Below, in pieces: positions 18,560-29,125 of a stretch of 64,000 nt of DNA; the first letter of the stretch is position 1, and each line of letters opens with the position of its first letter. The DNA comes from Pseudomonadota bacterium. GTDB taxonomy: Bacteria > Myxococcota > JACRCW01 > JAFGSX01. The notes under the pieces are model-generated. The model did not search any database and was not told the origin of the DNA. It was given only the letters and a program-made list of their open reading frames with translations. Position numbers and translations under genes: made by a program. The stretch lies in contig JBDRCO010000003.1 of NCBI GenBank assembly GCA_043821645.1, positions 128,001 to 192,000 of the forward strand, given 5' to 3'.

Positions 18560-18776
18560 GTCATGCTCCGAGCTAGTGCCGTGGCTGGCATCCTAGCATA
18601 GTGCAGCAGTCGCGCCCCTCTCCGTGGGGGAGGATTGAATAGCCGGCCCGAGACCCCCGTCCATCCCAGAGCAGGGGCTCGCAGCCGGCACCTGACACGC
18701 TATAATGCCCACCCCAGGGAGCCGCAGCAGGGGGATCTGAGATCGCTGGGCCGGGTAACAAAAAGGAGAACGACGA

Positions 18777-19412
18777 ATGAGCAGGCAGTGGTGTGGGAGT
18801 TTGGTCGCGGCGGGTCTGCTGACGGCACTGGTCCCCCCGGTGCAGGCGGCCGAGTCCATGACACCCGATGACTTCAGGGTCTACTGCGGCTACCTCGAAG
18901 CCCAGCAGGACGAGACCATGGCCAAGCTGTCCACCAAGGCACGCGATGCCAAGATCGCGAAGATGGCCAAGGTCAACCCCAAGAAGCTCAAGCAGATGGT
19001 CAAGCTGGGTGAGAGCTGGGGTTCGAGCTGCGAGGCGATCACCAAGCAGGTGGAGAAGGACATCCTGCAGGCGTTACAGGACACGCGGCTCAAGAGCCGG
19101 GTCGAGTTCGTCGAGGTCAGCGGAGAGCAGTGGGACCAGATGGTCGTGCGCATTCGCTGGAAGGGCGACGAGGACAGGTATCTCGAAGAGGAGGCGGCCA
19201 CTGCTGCACTGGTCACCCTCGAGCGATTTCCCATGGTACACACCATGGCCTGTGCCGCGTACAACCCGCACAAACCCGATGAGTCCCTGTTCGAGGGCAT
19301 CATTTCCAACTCGCGCATGGGCAACATCCAGAAGGATCGCATCGAGACCTTCGCAGACACGCGCTACATCAAGCTTTTCGACAACAAGAAGTTTGCCAAG
19401 CCGCGACCCTGA
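18777..19412 (+). CDS. Hypothetical exported protein
   Basis: Sec signal (…VQA-AE); AAGGAG SD; TATAAT at 18701; biased codon usage. Confidence 0.8.
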   Translation: MSRQWCGSLVAAGLLTALVPPVQAAESMTPDDFRVYCGYLEAQQDETMAKLSTKARDAKIAKMAKVNPKKLKQMVKLGESWGSSCEAITKQVEKDILQALQDTRLKSRVEFVEVSGEQWDQMVVRIRWKGDEDRYLEEEAATAALVTLERFPMVHTMACAAYNPHKPDESLFEGIISNSRMGNIQKDRIETFADTRYIKLFDNKKFAKPRP

Positions 19413-19482
19413 GCGAGGCTCAGGCGGCGCCAGCGCGCGCTCTTTTGCTGCCGGGCAATGCTCCACGAGCAGGCCCCCGAAA

Positions 19483-19512
19483 TTGACACTCCGTCGTCGA
19501 AGGGCATAGACT
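19483..19512 (+). promoter_or_regulatory. Putative sigma70-type promoter of the Ser/Thr kinase
   Basis: TTGACA-N18-TAGACT about 100 nt upstream of the ATG at 19612. Confidence 0.5.
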
Positions 19513-19611
19513 TTTCGAGGAGTTGTGTGTCCAGAGCGCGGTGGCCCGGCACCGCGGAATCGTGCCCCGCGAGGGCGGTGTGCGACCGCCCAGGATCGCG
19601 GTGGAGCCTGC

Positions 19612-22299
19612 ATGCCACAGGCCGAGCGCATAGACCGCTATGAGATCCTCCGCAAGATCGCGACCGGAGGGATGGCGGAGCTGTTCCTCGCCAAGCAGAC
19701 TGGTCTCGAGGGCTTCGAGAAGGCCGTCGTCATCAAGCGCATCCTCGCGCACCTAGCCCAGGACCAGGAGTTCGTCTCCATGTTCCTGGACGAGGCACGC
19801 ATCGCGGCCAAGCTCTCGCACCCCAACATCGTTCAGATCTACGACCTCGGTCGTGCCGACGACACCTACTACATTGCCATGGAGTACGTGTCCGGGCGCA
19901 ACATGGCGGCGGTGCTGCGCAAGGCGCGGGACACCGGTATCGGTCTCCCCATCGAGCACACCGCCAAGGTCGTCGCCGGCGTCTGTGATGGGCTGTACTA
20001 CGCGCATACACGCAAGGACTACGACGGCACGCCGCTGAACATCATCCATCGTGATATCAGCCCGCAGAACATCCTGGTGGCGTTCAGCGGAAACGTGAAG
20101 CTCGTGGACTTCGGCATCGCCAAGGCCTCGACGCAGATCGCCCAGACACGCGCCGGTGTCCTCAAAGGCAAGTATGCCTACATGTCGCCGGAGCAGGTTC
20201 GTGGCGACAAGATCGATTCGCGTTCGGACATCTTTGCCGTCGGCATCGTGATGTACGAGTTCTTGACCGGACAGCGTCCCTTCGAGCGCGAGACCAGCCT
20301 CAAGACCTTGAAGGCCATCGTGCAGGAGAAGCCGCTGAATCCGCGCGAGCTCAATCCCGAGGTTCCCATCGAGGTCGTGCGCATCTTGTCCCGGGCTCTC
20401 GAGAAGAACCCGGACCGGCGCTATCCGAATGGCCAGGAGATGCAGCTGGCCATCGAGGATTACCTGGACCGGGCGCCCCGCAAGTCCAACAACGTCCGCC
20501 TGTCGCGGTACCTGTACGAGCTCTTCGATGACGAGCTCAACGCCGACGGCGGAACGATGATCGTCAAGGGTATCGGTGAGCTCATCGTGCCCACCGGTGC
20601 CTCCAGCGAGGCGATCGCAGCGCCCAAGGTCGACGAGCTCCCCGAGGGGACAGTGCGCGCGGCGCTGCAGGAGATCGCTGCCGCCCGGGCGGAGCGCGAC
20701 AAGGACTCGGTCTCCATCGTCACCGACGAGAAGGTGGCCGAGTCTCCGGCGGTTCCACTTCCGGCACGGAGTGAGCCCGAGGAGGAACCGGAGGCGCGCA
20801 CGGAAGCTGGGGCCAGCCAGGAAATCGAGGAAGAAGACGAGGAGTTCCCGGACACCGTGATGCAGGCGGCGCCCGAGCGCCCTGAGGAGGACGAGCCTGC
20901 TCCATCGCCTGCCATCGAGGCCCCCGCCGGCGAGGCGGAGTTCGATTACGGCGACGATCCCCAACCCACCATCGAGCTCGCGCGGGCCGATTTTTCTGCC
21001 GAGGCGATCAACACGTCGGCCGATCCTGGCGAGGACCAGGAGGAGCTCGACGGCGCCACCTTGCCGGCCTACGACCCGGCGAAGTTCGGACTGGACCGCG
21101 GCAATGGCGATGCGGACGCCCAGGAAGAAGCCGACGCGGAGCAGGCCGCCCAGCCCTTCCCACCCGAGGACGAGGACGAGGGCATCCCGCATCCGGATGA
21201 GGCCGAGACCGCCTCGCTATCGCCGGACCAGGTTCGACGCATCCTGGATAGGGTGGAGTCCCTGCGCCAGCAGGCCACTGGTTCGGAGGGTTCCGAGGGT
21301 ACCGTCGAGGCGAAGGCACCACGACCGAAGTCGTCCGAGACCGCAGCGCCCAGGAAGAATGACTACGAGTCCGAAGACACCATCGGCTTCGAGGAGGAGG
21401 AAGCCCTGGACTACGGGTCGGATCTTGGTGATGCCACCCGCGCCCAGCCTGAGCCCCAGTTCTCCAACGATGGAGGAAACGGCCACTCCGCCGACGATGC
21501 GTTGCTGACCGGCATGGTCACCACGGACCCGGATCAGCGGAGTGACGACGAGATCGTCGCGCCGGACCTGGGTGTGCTCGGTATGGATGATGGCGACGAT
21601 GATGGGCCGAGCATTGATATGCCCCGTGCCACGGCACCGGCCATGCCCGAACATAATGTGCAGGGCAGTGGCGGGATTCGCATCGTGCGTCGCAAGGCCA
21701 GCGACGCCGAACTCCGGGAGCGTGCAGCCTTCGAGTCCGGAGCCGTCGCAGCGCCGGCTGGTGGGGTCACTCCGCGGCCGGCCCGCCAACCCCTGGCCAT
21801 GCCCATCGAGGAGACCTCTCAACCGGACCTGGAACAGACGCCACCACCTCCTCTCCAGGACCTGCACCGACCCGGCAACGAGCTGTCGATGACGGCTCCG
21901 GCGCGCGATGTCATCGAGGTCTCCCAGGTCACAGCGCACAGCGCCACCAACGCGCGCTTGCTCCTGCTCCTGGCCGTGCTGGCAGCGGTCGCCGCCGGAT
22001 TGGGGCTGCTGTACGTACTCCTGTTTGCATCTCCGGCTCCTGCCGGGGACGGGACGCAACCCGGGGAGTCGGGGACGGTTTACCTCAAGACCGATCCGCC
22101 AGGCGCGACCATCATCCTGGATACTCGACCCCATCCCACGAGGACACCCACCACCATCGGCGGGTTGACCTTCAACCAGCAGCACATCGTGATGTTCAAG
22201 CTCGAAGGCTATGACGATGGCGAGGACCGCTTCACCTTGACCCCGGCACAGAAGATCAAGCCCATCTCGGTTCAGCTCAAGAAGAAGTCCAAGAAGTGA
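19612..22299 (+). CDS. Membrane Ser/Thr protein kinase with a long acidic linker, TM helix and PEGA domain
   Basis: GGMAELF, VIKRI, HRDISPQN, DFG, YMSPE; TM LLLLLAVLAAVAAGLGLLYVLLF; PEGA-like TDPPGATIILD...TPTTI. Confidence 0.92.
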   Translation: MPQAERIDRYEILRKIATGGMAELFLAKQTGLEGFEKAVVIKRILAHLAQDQEFVSMFLDEARIAAKLSHPNIVQIYDLGRADDTYYIAMEYVSGRNMAAVLRKARDTGIGLPIEHTAKVVAGVCDGLYYAHTRKDYDGTPLNIIHRDISPQNILVAFSGNVKLVDFGIAKASTQIAQTRAGVLKGKYAYMSPEQVRGDKIDSRSDIFAVGIVMYEFLTGQRPFERETSLKTLKAIVQEKPLNPRELNPEVPIEVVRILSRALEKNPDRRYPNGQEMQLAIEDYLDRAPRKSNNVRLSRYLYELFDDELNADGGTMIVKGIGELIVPTGASSEAIAAPKVDELPEGTVRAALQEIAAARAERDKDSVSIVTDEKVAESPAVPLPARSEPEEEPEARTEAGASQEIEEEDEEFPDTVMQAAPERPEEDEPAPSPAIEAPAGEAEFDYGDDPQPTIELARADFSAEAINTSADPGEDQEELDGATLPAYDPAKFGLDRGNGDADAQEEADAEQAAQPFPPEDEDEGIPHPDEAETASLSPDQVRRILDRVESLRQQATGSEGSEGTVEAKAPRPKSSETAAPRKNDYESEDTIGFEEEEALDYGSDLGDATRAQPEPQFSNDGGNGHSADDALLTGMVTTDPDQRSDDEIVAPDLGVLGMDDGDDDGPSIDMPRATAPAMPEHNVQGSGGIRIVRRKASDAELRERAAFESGAVAAPAGGVTPRPARQPLAMPIEETSQPDLEQTPPPPLQDLHRPGNELSMTAPARDVIEVSQVTAHSATNARLLLLLAVLAAVAAGLGLLYVLLFASPAPAGDGTQPGESGTVYLKTDPPGATIILDTRPHPTRTPTTIGGLTFNQQHIVMFKLEGYDDGEDRFTLTPAQKIKPISVQLKKKSKK

Positions 22300-22962
22300 T
22301 CAGGGCGTGTTGAATCGAATGCTGTGGAGCCAGGTTCGCAGCTCCTCGGCATGGCGGCTCAGTTCGTCCTCCAGCAGCGTGACCACGATCACGTAGCCGC
22401 GCTCGCCGTCGACGAGAAGCACGGCCTGCTGACTGACCGGAGCCTGTCCGCCCTGCGGCAAGGGGACATCGAAAGCATCGCGGAGGTGAAAGCCGGCCCG
22501 CCCACTTCGGCGAATGGGTTCGACCTCGAGGTGGCGGACCGTGATGTCGCCCAGGGCGCGGGCCTGCGCCTGGCGGTTGGCGACGAGATAGTCCGAGATG
22601 GTGGCTTCCTTGGGAAGGGGACCGTTGACGTAGACCTCGACGCGCGGAGGCAGGGTCGAGGGCCGGTCTGCCGTGCTGCGCTGGCCTTTGGCCACGAGCG
22701 TGGTCTGGGCGAGGAGATCAGCGCTCTTTGCCGGGGCACCTGCGTCCTCGACACGCGTTCCCGCCGCGGAGGGCGCCTGGCCTCCTCCAGCTGGCCTGTG
22801 CTGGGCCACGGTCCAGGTGGCGGGGAGGCGCCACAGCAGCGGCGTGCCTGGCACGGACGTGACCGGGAACTCCCCGGGCCCAGCGTCGGGTACTGGCGCC
22901 TCTCGAGGGCAGGCCAGCAGGGCGAGGCCAAGAACACAAGGAACGCCGCGTCGCCATCGCAT
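22300..22962 (-). CDS. Hypothetical lipoprotein (possibly PsbP/DcrB-like fold)
   Basis: Lipobox LLAC; W-loop LPATW; C-terminal ...WLHSIRF pattern. Confidence 0.65.
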   Translation of the reverse strand: MRWRRGVPCVLGLALLACPREAPVPDAGPGEFPVTSVPGTPLLWRLPATWTVAQHRPAGGGQAPSAAGTRVEDAGAPAKSADLLAQTTLVAKGQRSTADRPSTLPPRVEVYVNGPLPKEATISDYLVANRQAQARALGDITVRHLEVEPIRRSGRAGFHLRDAFDVPLPQGGQAPVSQQAVLLVDGERGYVIVVTLLEDELSRHAEELRTWLHSIRFNTP

Positions 22963-23058
22963 ACCGGTCCTCCAGGTCCGCAGCCGACCATGCCGCGCCA
23001 GGTCATGCTAGCCTGTGCCCCAGGGCTGCGTCATCCACGAGAACACACGGGAGCGCCG

Positions 23059-23556
23059 GTGCGACCAGCACATCTTCACCGCCGAGCTCCGGTCGAGGTG
23101 GTGCTGGTCCGACCCGAGATCGCGCCCAACGTTGGCAACGTCGCCCGCACCTGTGCGGCTCTTGGCCTGCCCCTGCACCTCGTCGGCCCGACAGGCTTTC
23201 GTATCCATGATGCCTCTCTGCGGCGCGCCGGGGTCGACACCTGGGCCCAGCTCGAGTTGCACTGGCACCGCCACCTGCGCGAGGTGGTGGCGCTCTGCGG
23301 CGGTCGCGTGCTCGCCCATACCACCGACGGCGAGATACCCCTGTCGCCCTTCGACTACGTGGCTGGAGATCTTCTGGTCTTCGGGTGTGAGAGCCAGGGA
23401 CTGGCGGTCGAAGACCTCGAGGGCTGCACGGCGCTGCGCGTGCGACTCCCCCAGGCCCGCGACCTTCGCAGTCTCAACCTCGCCACCAGCGTGGGCATGA
23501 GCTGTGCGCTCGCCCTGGGTGGTCTCCAGGCGTGGCCAGACAGGGGCGCGAGCTGA
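23059..23556 (+). CDS. trmL: tRNA (cytidine(34)-2'-O)-methyltransferase TrmL (SpoU family); start uncertain
   Basis: PEIAPNVGNVARTCA, LRRAG, FGCESQGL, RSLNLATSV. Confidence 0.85.
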   Translation: MRPAHLHRRAPVEVVLVRPEIAPNVGNVARTCAALGLPLHLVGPTGFRIHDASLRRAGVDTWAQLELHWHRHLREVVALCGGRVLAHTTDGEIPLSPFDYVAGDLLVFGCESQGLAVEDLEGCTALRVRLPQARDLRSLNLATSVGMSCALALGGLQAWPDRGAS

Positions 23557-23586
23557 ATCCCGCTCGCCTGCGGGGCTTGCGAGAAC

Positions 23587-24861
23587 TCAACCGTCGCCAA
23601 GGGTGGCGTAGATCATGCGGACGCGGCGCGCCAGGTTCTCGTCGACGGCGCTCTCGAGCAGTTCTCCACACTGAAACAGTGCGAAGAACAGCAACTCGTT
23701 GAGGGCGTCGGAGACGACCTGGGTGGGATCCTGCTCCTGCGCATTGGTCACGTTCTCGACCAGCTTCTCCAGCGACACGAGGCGCGCACCCTCGAGGTGC
23801 AAACCCGAAAAGAGCGCCGACATGGGTGTGCCCGGATCTGCCAGGAAAGCGTTGACACCGTCGACGAAGAGCTTTGTCGAGCCGGCCTCATCGACCGCCT
23901 CGAGAATCTCGGCCAGAGCCATCTCGAAGACCTGCAGGACTTCGGCCACGCGTGCGCCGTCTGGCCTGGCGACCGGTGTGCCTGGGGCCGGCGAGACTCG
24001 CTCGATCGCTCCGGCCTGGAGAAGGGTGTACAGGACGCGCAGCAAGTCGAACTCGCCCATGCGGATGACGGGCATCAGATCTGCGACGCTGCGTGGTTCG
24101 CGTAGGGCCTCGACGACGCGCACGCTCTCCGCGCCGATGTTGACATGGGACCCGGTGGCCACCAGGACCACCATGTTGTCCGGGATGCGGCCGCGAATCA
24201 GGGCCATCTCGTCCGCCCGGCGTACGGCTTCGAGCAGCAAGCCCTGGGCTCCAATGGTCGGTGTCTGTGGGAACACGTAATCCTTGGGAAGGGAATAAGC
24301 GACCATGTGGCCGTCGACCCAGGTGGCCACCTCGCAGAACAGCTCCGTCACCTGCTGCTGGATGGCCCGCCACAGGTCGTGGCTCGAGAGCAGGCCGGAC
24401 TGGACGAGGAGCTGGCCGGCCCTTCGACCCGCAGGAGGGGCGTTCCTCAGGACCTCCTCGAGGGCCTCGCGCTCTACCAGGCCGAGCCGTACCAGCACAT
24501 TCCCGATGCGATCGCGAGCATCGTTGGAGGCAATGGATGCGATCTCGCCGTCCCGGAAGAGCACCACGCGCTCGATGCCACCGTGCACGGCAACCACACG
24601 AAGGGTGAGCCGGCTTTGGGAGATCATGCCGAGGACATCGAGGGCAGGCAGGGCCGTGAGATCGGCGATGAAGATGGCTCGCTCGACGTTGTCCTGGGCG
24701 GGCAGGGTGTCCAGGCCTGCGTAGGTCAGGAACACGATCTCGGGATGGCTGTCGTGGAGCCAGTAGCGTCCTGCCCGGCTGGCCAGGGCGCGGGTGCCCC
24801 CAGCATCCAGGCCGCCGACCTCGCCCTTCGAATTGATGTCCAGAAACTTTCGCTCGGGCAT
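23587..24861 (-). CDS. DUF4388-like domain protein
   Basis: ERVVLFRDGEIASIASN..RDRIGNVLVRLG, LLLEAVRRADE and C-terminal ALNELLFFALF, typical of myxobacterial DUF4388 proteins; GGAG SD. Confidence 0.75.
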   Translation of the reverse strand: MPERKFLDINSKGEVGGLDAGGTRALASRAGRYWLHDSHPEIVFLTYAGLDTLPAQDNVERAIFIADLTALPALDVLGMISQSRLTLRVVAVHGGIERVVLFRDGEIASIASNDARDRIGNVLVRLGLVEREALEEVLRNAPPAGRRAGQLLVQSGLLSSHDLWRAIQQQVTELFCEVATWVDGHMVAYSLPKDYVFPQTPTIGAQGLLLEAVRRADEMALIRGRIPDNMVVLVATGSHVNIGAESVRVVEALREPRSVADLMPVIRMGEFDLLRVLYTLLQAGAIERVSPAPGTPVARPDGARVAEVLQVFEMALAEILEAVDEAGSTKLFVDGVNAFLADPGTPMSALFSGLHLEGARLVSLEKLVENVTNAQEQDPTQVVSDALNELLFFALFQCGELLESAVDENLARRVRMIYATLGDG

Positions 24862-24969
24862 GGGCTCCCCAGGGCGGCGACGCGGCGCACCACGTCGAGG
24901 TCCCCTAGTTTCCCCGGTTGCCCCTGCCAGGTGCAAGGGATATGCAAAGGGCCGACGAGGTGCCTGGGA

Positions 24970-25362
24970 ATGCTGTGGACCTTCATCGTGGCTGCGATCG
25001 CCTGCGGGGCCGTGCTGGGCGCGGTCGGGTTCCTGTGGCACCGCCTGCGCCGGCTCCAGGATCGGCTCGACGAGCTGTCCTTGGGTTCGGGATCGCCTTC
25101 GCAGGATGTCGCGGATCTCGAGCGCCGCCTGCGATCCATCGAACGGCTGCTGCGCGAACAGGTGGCCGTCGAAGTGGTGCTCGGCAACCTGCTGGTCGAG
25201 AAGGGCGTCGTCGACGAGGATGAACTCGAGGCGACGCACCAGCGTCTCGTCATCGAGCCGGCACTGCTGGACGGCGAGCATGAATCCCTGCTGGCAGAAC
25301 TGCCCGAGACCGAGCAGCTTCGCGCGCGGTTGATCCGCAACCTGCCGTTGACCCTGCAATGA
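24970..25362 (+). CDS. Hypothetical membrane-anchored coiled-coil protein
   Basis: N-terminal TM helix followed by heptad-like helices; ATGA overlap with the next gene. Confidence 0.7.
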   Translation: MLWTFIVAAIACGAVLGAVGFLWHRLRRLQDRLDELSLGSGSPSQDVADLERRLRSIERLLREQVAVEVVLGNLLVEKGVVDEDELEATHQRLVIEPALLDGEHESLLAELPETEQLRARLIRNLPLTLQ

Positions 25363-28300
25363 CCACCGAGTCTCCCGCCCCGGCAACACTGCGTGCCAGC
25401 CTCGCTGCGGGTCCTGGCACTGCCCACGGGATCACCCTTGCGTTTCTTCTCTCCGGGGCCGCGGGGCTGATCCTCGAGGTCATCTGGACCCGTCTCCTGC
25501 ACCTCGCCTTTGGCGCCAACGCCCCTGCTGTGAGCACGGTCCTGGCGGTCTACATGGGGGGCATGGCTCTGGGGGCCTATGCGGTCAGTCGCCTGCCGCG
25601 TCTGCGTCGCTGGCCGCTGCACACCTACGCCGTCCTCGAGCTGGGCGTCGCGGTCCTGGCGCTGCTGCTTCCGAGCGCCATCGAGGCGGTGGCTCCGCTG
25701 CACCGAGCGCTCACCGCTCCTCTCGACGCCACCGGATCGCTGGTCCCCTTGCTGGTGGTGCGAGCTCTCCTCGTCGGCTCGCTGCTGCTGCTGCCAACGG
25801 CCGCGATGGGCGCCACCCTGCCACTGCTGGCCGAGGGAGCCCGGCAGCAGGTTCGTCGGCACCGGCGCCAGCTCCAGGCAAGCCGTGCCGGGGATCAGGA
25901 CGCGGGCCCCACCGAGGAGGCCTGGATCCTGCGCCGGGTGGGCGTGCTGTATGCGGTCAACCTCTCCGGGGCCGTGATCGGCGCCGGTGTCGTGGGCTTC
26001 GTGCTGATACCCATGCTGGGCCTGACCGTCAGCAATCGTATTGCCGCGGCTCTGGACCTGGCGGCTGCGGCCCTGGCCTGGCGGGCGGCCCGGGGGATAC
26101 AGGGCGAAGTTCGCGACGAGGTGCCCGCGGCGCTGCTGGCGCATCGGCGGAGCGTCCTGCTGGCCCTGGGCTGCCTTGCGCTCACCGGCGGCCTGGCCAT
26201 GCAGCTACAGGTTCTGTGGTCCCGCGCCCTGTCCGTCGTCATCGGTTCCTCGACGTACGCGTTTTCGCTGATTCTCGTCGTCACCCTGCTCGGGATGGCC
26301 CTGGGTGGCCGCATCGTGGCGGGGCGGGCGGACCAGGGAGGCCCACGGCGCGCGCTGGTGCGCCTCGGACTGCTGTTCGGGATTGCCGCCCTGGGCGTGT
26401 TTGTCGGCACCCTGCTCATCGACAAGCTCCCCTCCGTCATCCGGGATGCCGCACGCATGCCTCAGCTCTCCCCGACCTTGCTCTTCGGTGTCGAGCTCCT
26501 GGTCATCGGCGCCGTCGTGCTGGTTCCCGCCACGGCCCTGGGCGGGTCCTTGCCCGGTGCACTCCAGGTCGCGCGCCGGGACGTCCGCCGATCCGCTGCT
26601 GGCTTCGTGGGGCAGGCCTACGCGGTCAACACGGTGGGAGCCATCGTGGGCAGCGCCCTGGGGGGCTTCGTCACCATTCCGCTCCTGGGTGTCGACGCAG
26701 GTCTCCGCCTGACCTCGCTGTGCTATGCCGGGATGGCCGCGGTGCTGGTGACGGCCGCCCAGCCGCGCCGTGCCCGCTGGGATCGCAGCCTGCGCGCGCC
26801 AGCCCTGGCCACGGGGCTCGCCGTGCTGGTGCTGGTGACGCCGGACCTCGACGTGATGCGCTGGAGTTCCGGTTTCTTTCGGGTCTACCTGCCGAGAACC
26901 TATCGCGACGACGACGATACGGGCGATCGTCTGCTGTTTCATCGCGACGGTATCGTCGCCACGGTCACCGTCGAGGACAACGTGGGCTCCATCGCCCTCA
27001 AGGTGAATGGCAAGGTCGACGCCTCGTCCCGGGGTGACATGCCGACGCAGATCCTGTCGGGCCTGCTGCCCCTGGCATTCCTAGAGCCCCCGGCACGCAG
27101 CGCGGTCATCGGCTTTGGTTCCGGTGTGACTGTGGGAGCCCTGTTACAGACGCCCGTGGGCAGCGTGGATCTGGTCGAGCTGGAACCCCATGTGCTGGAA
27201 GCTGGCCGCCTGTTCTCGCACGTCAACCACCAACCCTGGAACGACCCCCGGGTCCGCATGATCGTCGACGACGGTCGCAACTACCTCGAGCGTGGTGGCG
27301 CGGCCTATGATCTGATCATCAGCGAACCGTCCAATCCCTGGATGACCGGCGCCTCGAGCCTGTTCACGCGCGAGTTCTGGAGCATCGCCCACGAGCGACT
27401 GTCGGCGGATGGCGTGTTCCTGCAGTGGGTGCAGCTCTACGAGCTGGGTGAGGATCGCATCCGCTCTCTGGTCGGCACCTTCTCCGGCGTGTTCGAGCAC
27501 GTCGTCATGTTTGCCTCGAATCCGGGATCTTCGGACACGTTCATGATCGGCTCCCGGCGGCCCCTGCGCATCGACATGGACCGGGTGCGGCGCCTGTTCT
27601 CGGACCCGGCCACGGCCGAAAGCCTGCACCTGGGCGACGTCGAGGATCCCGCGGAACTCCTGGCCCTGCTGCTGCTGGTCGAGGACGACGTGCGCGCTTT
27701 CGGGAGAGGTGCCGTCATCAACACTGACGACAACGCCTATGTCGAGTTCCGGGCGCCGCTGGACCTTGTGCACTATGCGCTGCGCGACCCCGATCTGTCG
27801 CCGCTCAAGGTCTCGCTCGGCCACCGCATGGACCTCATCGATCGCATCGTTCAAGGGCCCCTCGTCCTCGAGGAAGATCCCTGTCTCCGCGACCTCGAGC
27901 TGTCGCGAACCATGGGGCGCCGCGGCCTGCTCGACGACGCCTTGAGCTTCCTGGACCGTGCCGAGAGCGCCTGCGGTGAGGACCCCACCTTTGCCCCGCT
28001 GGCGACCCGACAGCGCGAGGTGTTGCAGGTGCTGGTGGGCGATGACGTCGAGGCAGTGGTGGACCCCGAACTGGTGGAGGAGGGTGACCTGCGCTATTTG
28101 CGGGTCGTGGCGCACATGATCGATGGTCACAACGAGGTGGCGCTGTCGGATCTCGAGGCAGTGGCCGAGCTGGACAGTGCACCGCCTGGCTGGCTGCTGC
28201 TCTGGGCCTACCTGTGCTACAGCGAGGATCGCCTCGACGACGCCCAGGTGCTGTTCGCGCGGCTCCTCGACCAGCCTGCGGCGGTCGAGCGCCTGCCGGC

Positions 28301-28442
28301 CATCTCCTTCTATGCCGCGCGTTCGGCTTTTTCGCACAACAAGTTTCGCGACGCCGAGCGCCTGGCTAGGCATTTTGTCGAGGCCACTGCGGTGCGCCGG
28401 GGCCGTGACCGCGCCGTGTTCGTGCCGGCTCCCGTGTGGTAG
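25359..28442 (+). CDS. Fused MFS-like/spermidine-synthase-like protein with a C-terminal TPR-like region
   Basis: Two membrane repeats (SGAAGLILEVIW..., LYAVNLSGA / YAVNTVGA), then NGKVDAS, VIGFGSGVT, DDGRN, DLIISEPSNPW, NTDDN. Confidence 0.88.
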   Translation: MTTESPAPATLRASLAAGPGTAHGITLAFLLSGAAGLILEVIWTRLLHLAFGANAPAVSTVLAVYMGGMALGAYAVSRLPRLRRWPLHTYAVLELGVAVLALLLPSAIEAVAPLHRALTAPLDATGSLVPLLVVRALLVGSLLLLPTAAMGATLPLLAEGARQQVRRHRRQLQASRAGDQDAGPTEEAWILRRVGVLYAVNLSGAVIGAGVVGFVLIPMLGLTVSNRIAAALDLAAAALAWRAARGIQGEVRDEVPAALLAHRRSVLLALGCLALTGGLAMQLQVLWSRALSVVIGSSTYAFSLILVVTLLGMALGGRIVAGRADQGGPRRALVRLGLLFGIAALGVFVGTLLIDKLPSVIRDAARMPQLSPTLLFGVELLVIGAVVLVPATALGGSLPGALQVARRDVRRSAAGFVGQAYAVNTVGAIVGSALGGFVTIPLLGVDAGLRLTSLCYAGMAAVLVTAAQPRRARWDRSLRAPALATGLAVLVLVTPDLDVMRWSSGFFRVYLPRTYRDDDDTGDRLLFHRDGIVATVTVEDNVGSIALKVNGKVDASSRGDMPTQILSGLLPLAFLEPPARSAVIGFGSGVTVGALLQTPVGSVDLVELEPHVLEAGRLFSHVNHQPWNDPRVRMIVDDGRNYLERGGAAYDLIISEPSNPWMTGASSLFTREFWSIAHERLSADGVFLQWVQLYELGEDRIRSLVGTFSGVFEHVVMFASNPGSSDTFMIGSRRPLRIDMDRVRRLFSDPATAESLHLGDVEDPAELLALLLLVEDDVRAFGRGAVINTDDNAYVEFRAPLDLVHYALRDPDLSPLKVSLGHRMDLIDRIVQGPLVLEEDPCLRDLELSRTMGRRGLLDDALSFLDRAESACGEDPTFAPLATRQREVLQVLVGDDVEAVVDPELVEEGDLRYLRVVAHMIDGHNEVALSDLEAVAELDSAPPGWLLLWAYLCYSEDRLDDAQVLFARLLDQPAAVERLPAISFYAARSAFSHNKFRDAERLARHFVEATAVRRGRDRAVFVPAPVW

Positions 28443-28515
28443 ACCTGGCGGCGCGATCCGCCACAGTCCACGGGGATCTGGTGGGCCGCGAGGCCGGGAA
28501 GCGAGGGAGAGTCCG

Positions 28516-29052
28516 ATGGTCCAGTTTCGATTCGATCAGGTCATCCACCATCCCCGGCAGCTCGTGTTCGAGACCTATCGCGACAAGCTGTCACTGCTGG
28601 TGCCCTACCTGCCCAATTGCGATCGTATCGATGTGGTCTCGCGCGAGGACCTCGATGATGGTCGGGTCAAGCTCAAGAATCTTTGGCACGCCAACGTCAA
28701 GGTCCCCCGTGCCGCTCGCCGCTTCGTCAAGGACGAGCTCATGTCCTGGTATGACCACGCGGTGTGGGATCCGATTCAGCATGCTGTGGACTGGCGCTTC
28801 GAGCTCCGCGTGTTCACGGAGGCAGCAGCCTGCTCGGGCCGAAACCGGTTCGAGGTCGTGGATGACACGCACACGCGCTACGTTCTTTCCGGTCAGCTCA
28901 TCCTCGATCTCGCCAAGATGCCCTTTGTTCCACGCATGTTCCGTGGCCTGGCGCCTCGAGTGGAACAGTGGCTGATCGACGCCGTGCAGCCCAACCTTGA
29001 GTCCATTGGCGCGGCGGTGGGGAAGTACCTCGACGAGCACCCTGGCTCCTGA
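28516..29052 (+). CDS. SRPBCC/START-like (DUF2505-like) protein
   Basis: YRDKL..LVPYLPN, NLWHA and SWYDHAVWD pattern; GGGAG SD. Confidence 0.7.
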   Translation: MVQFRFDQVIHHPRQLVFETYRDKLSLLVPYLPNCDRIDVVSREDLDDGRVKLKNLWHANVKVPRAARRFVKDELMSWYDHAVWDPIQHAVDWRFELRVFTEAAACSGRNRFEVVDDTHTRYVLSGQLILDLAKMPFVPRMFRGLAPRVEQWLIDAVQPNLESIGAAVGKYLDEHPGS

Positions 29053-29125
29053 AGCGGCGGCCTCCCCGGGAACCTGGTGAGCCTTCGCACTTTGCTCAGG
29101 AGACTTTGAGGTTTGCGAGTGTGTC

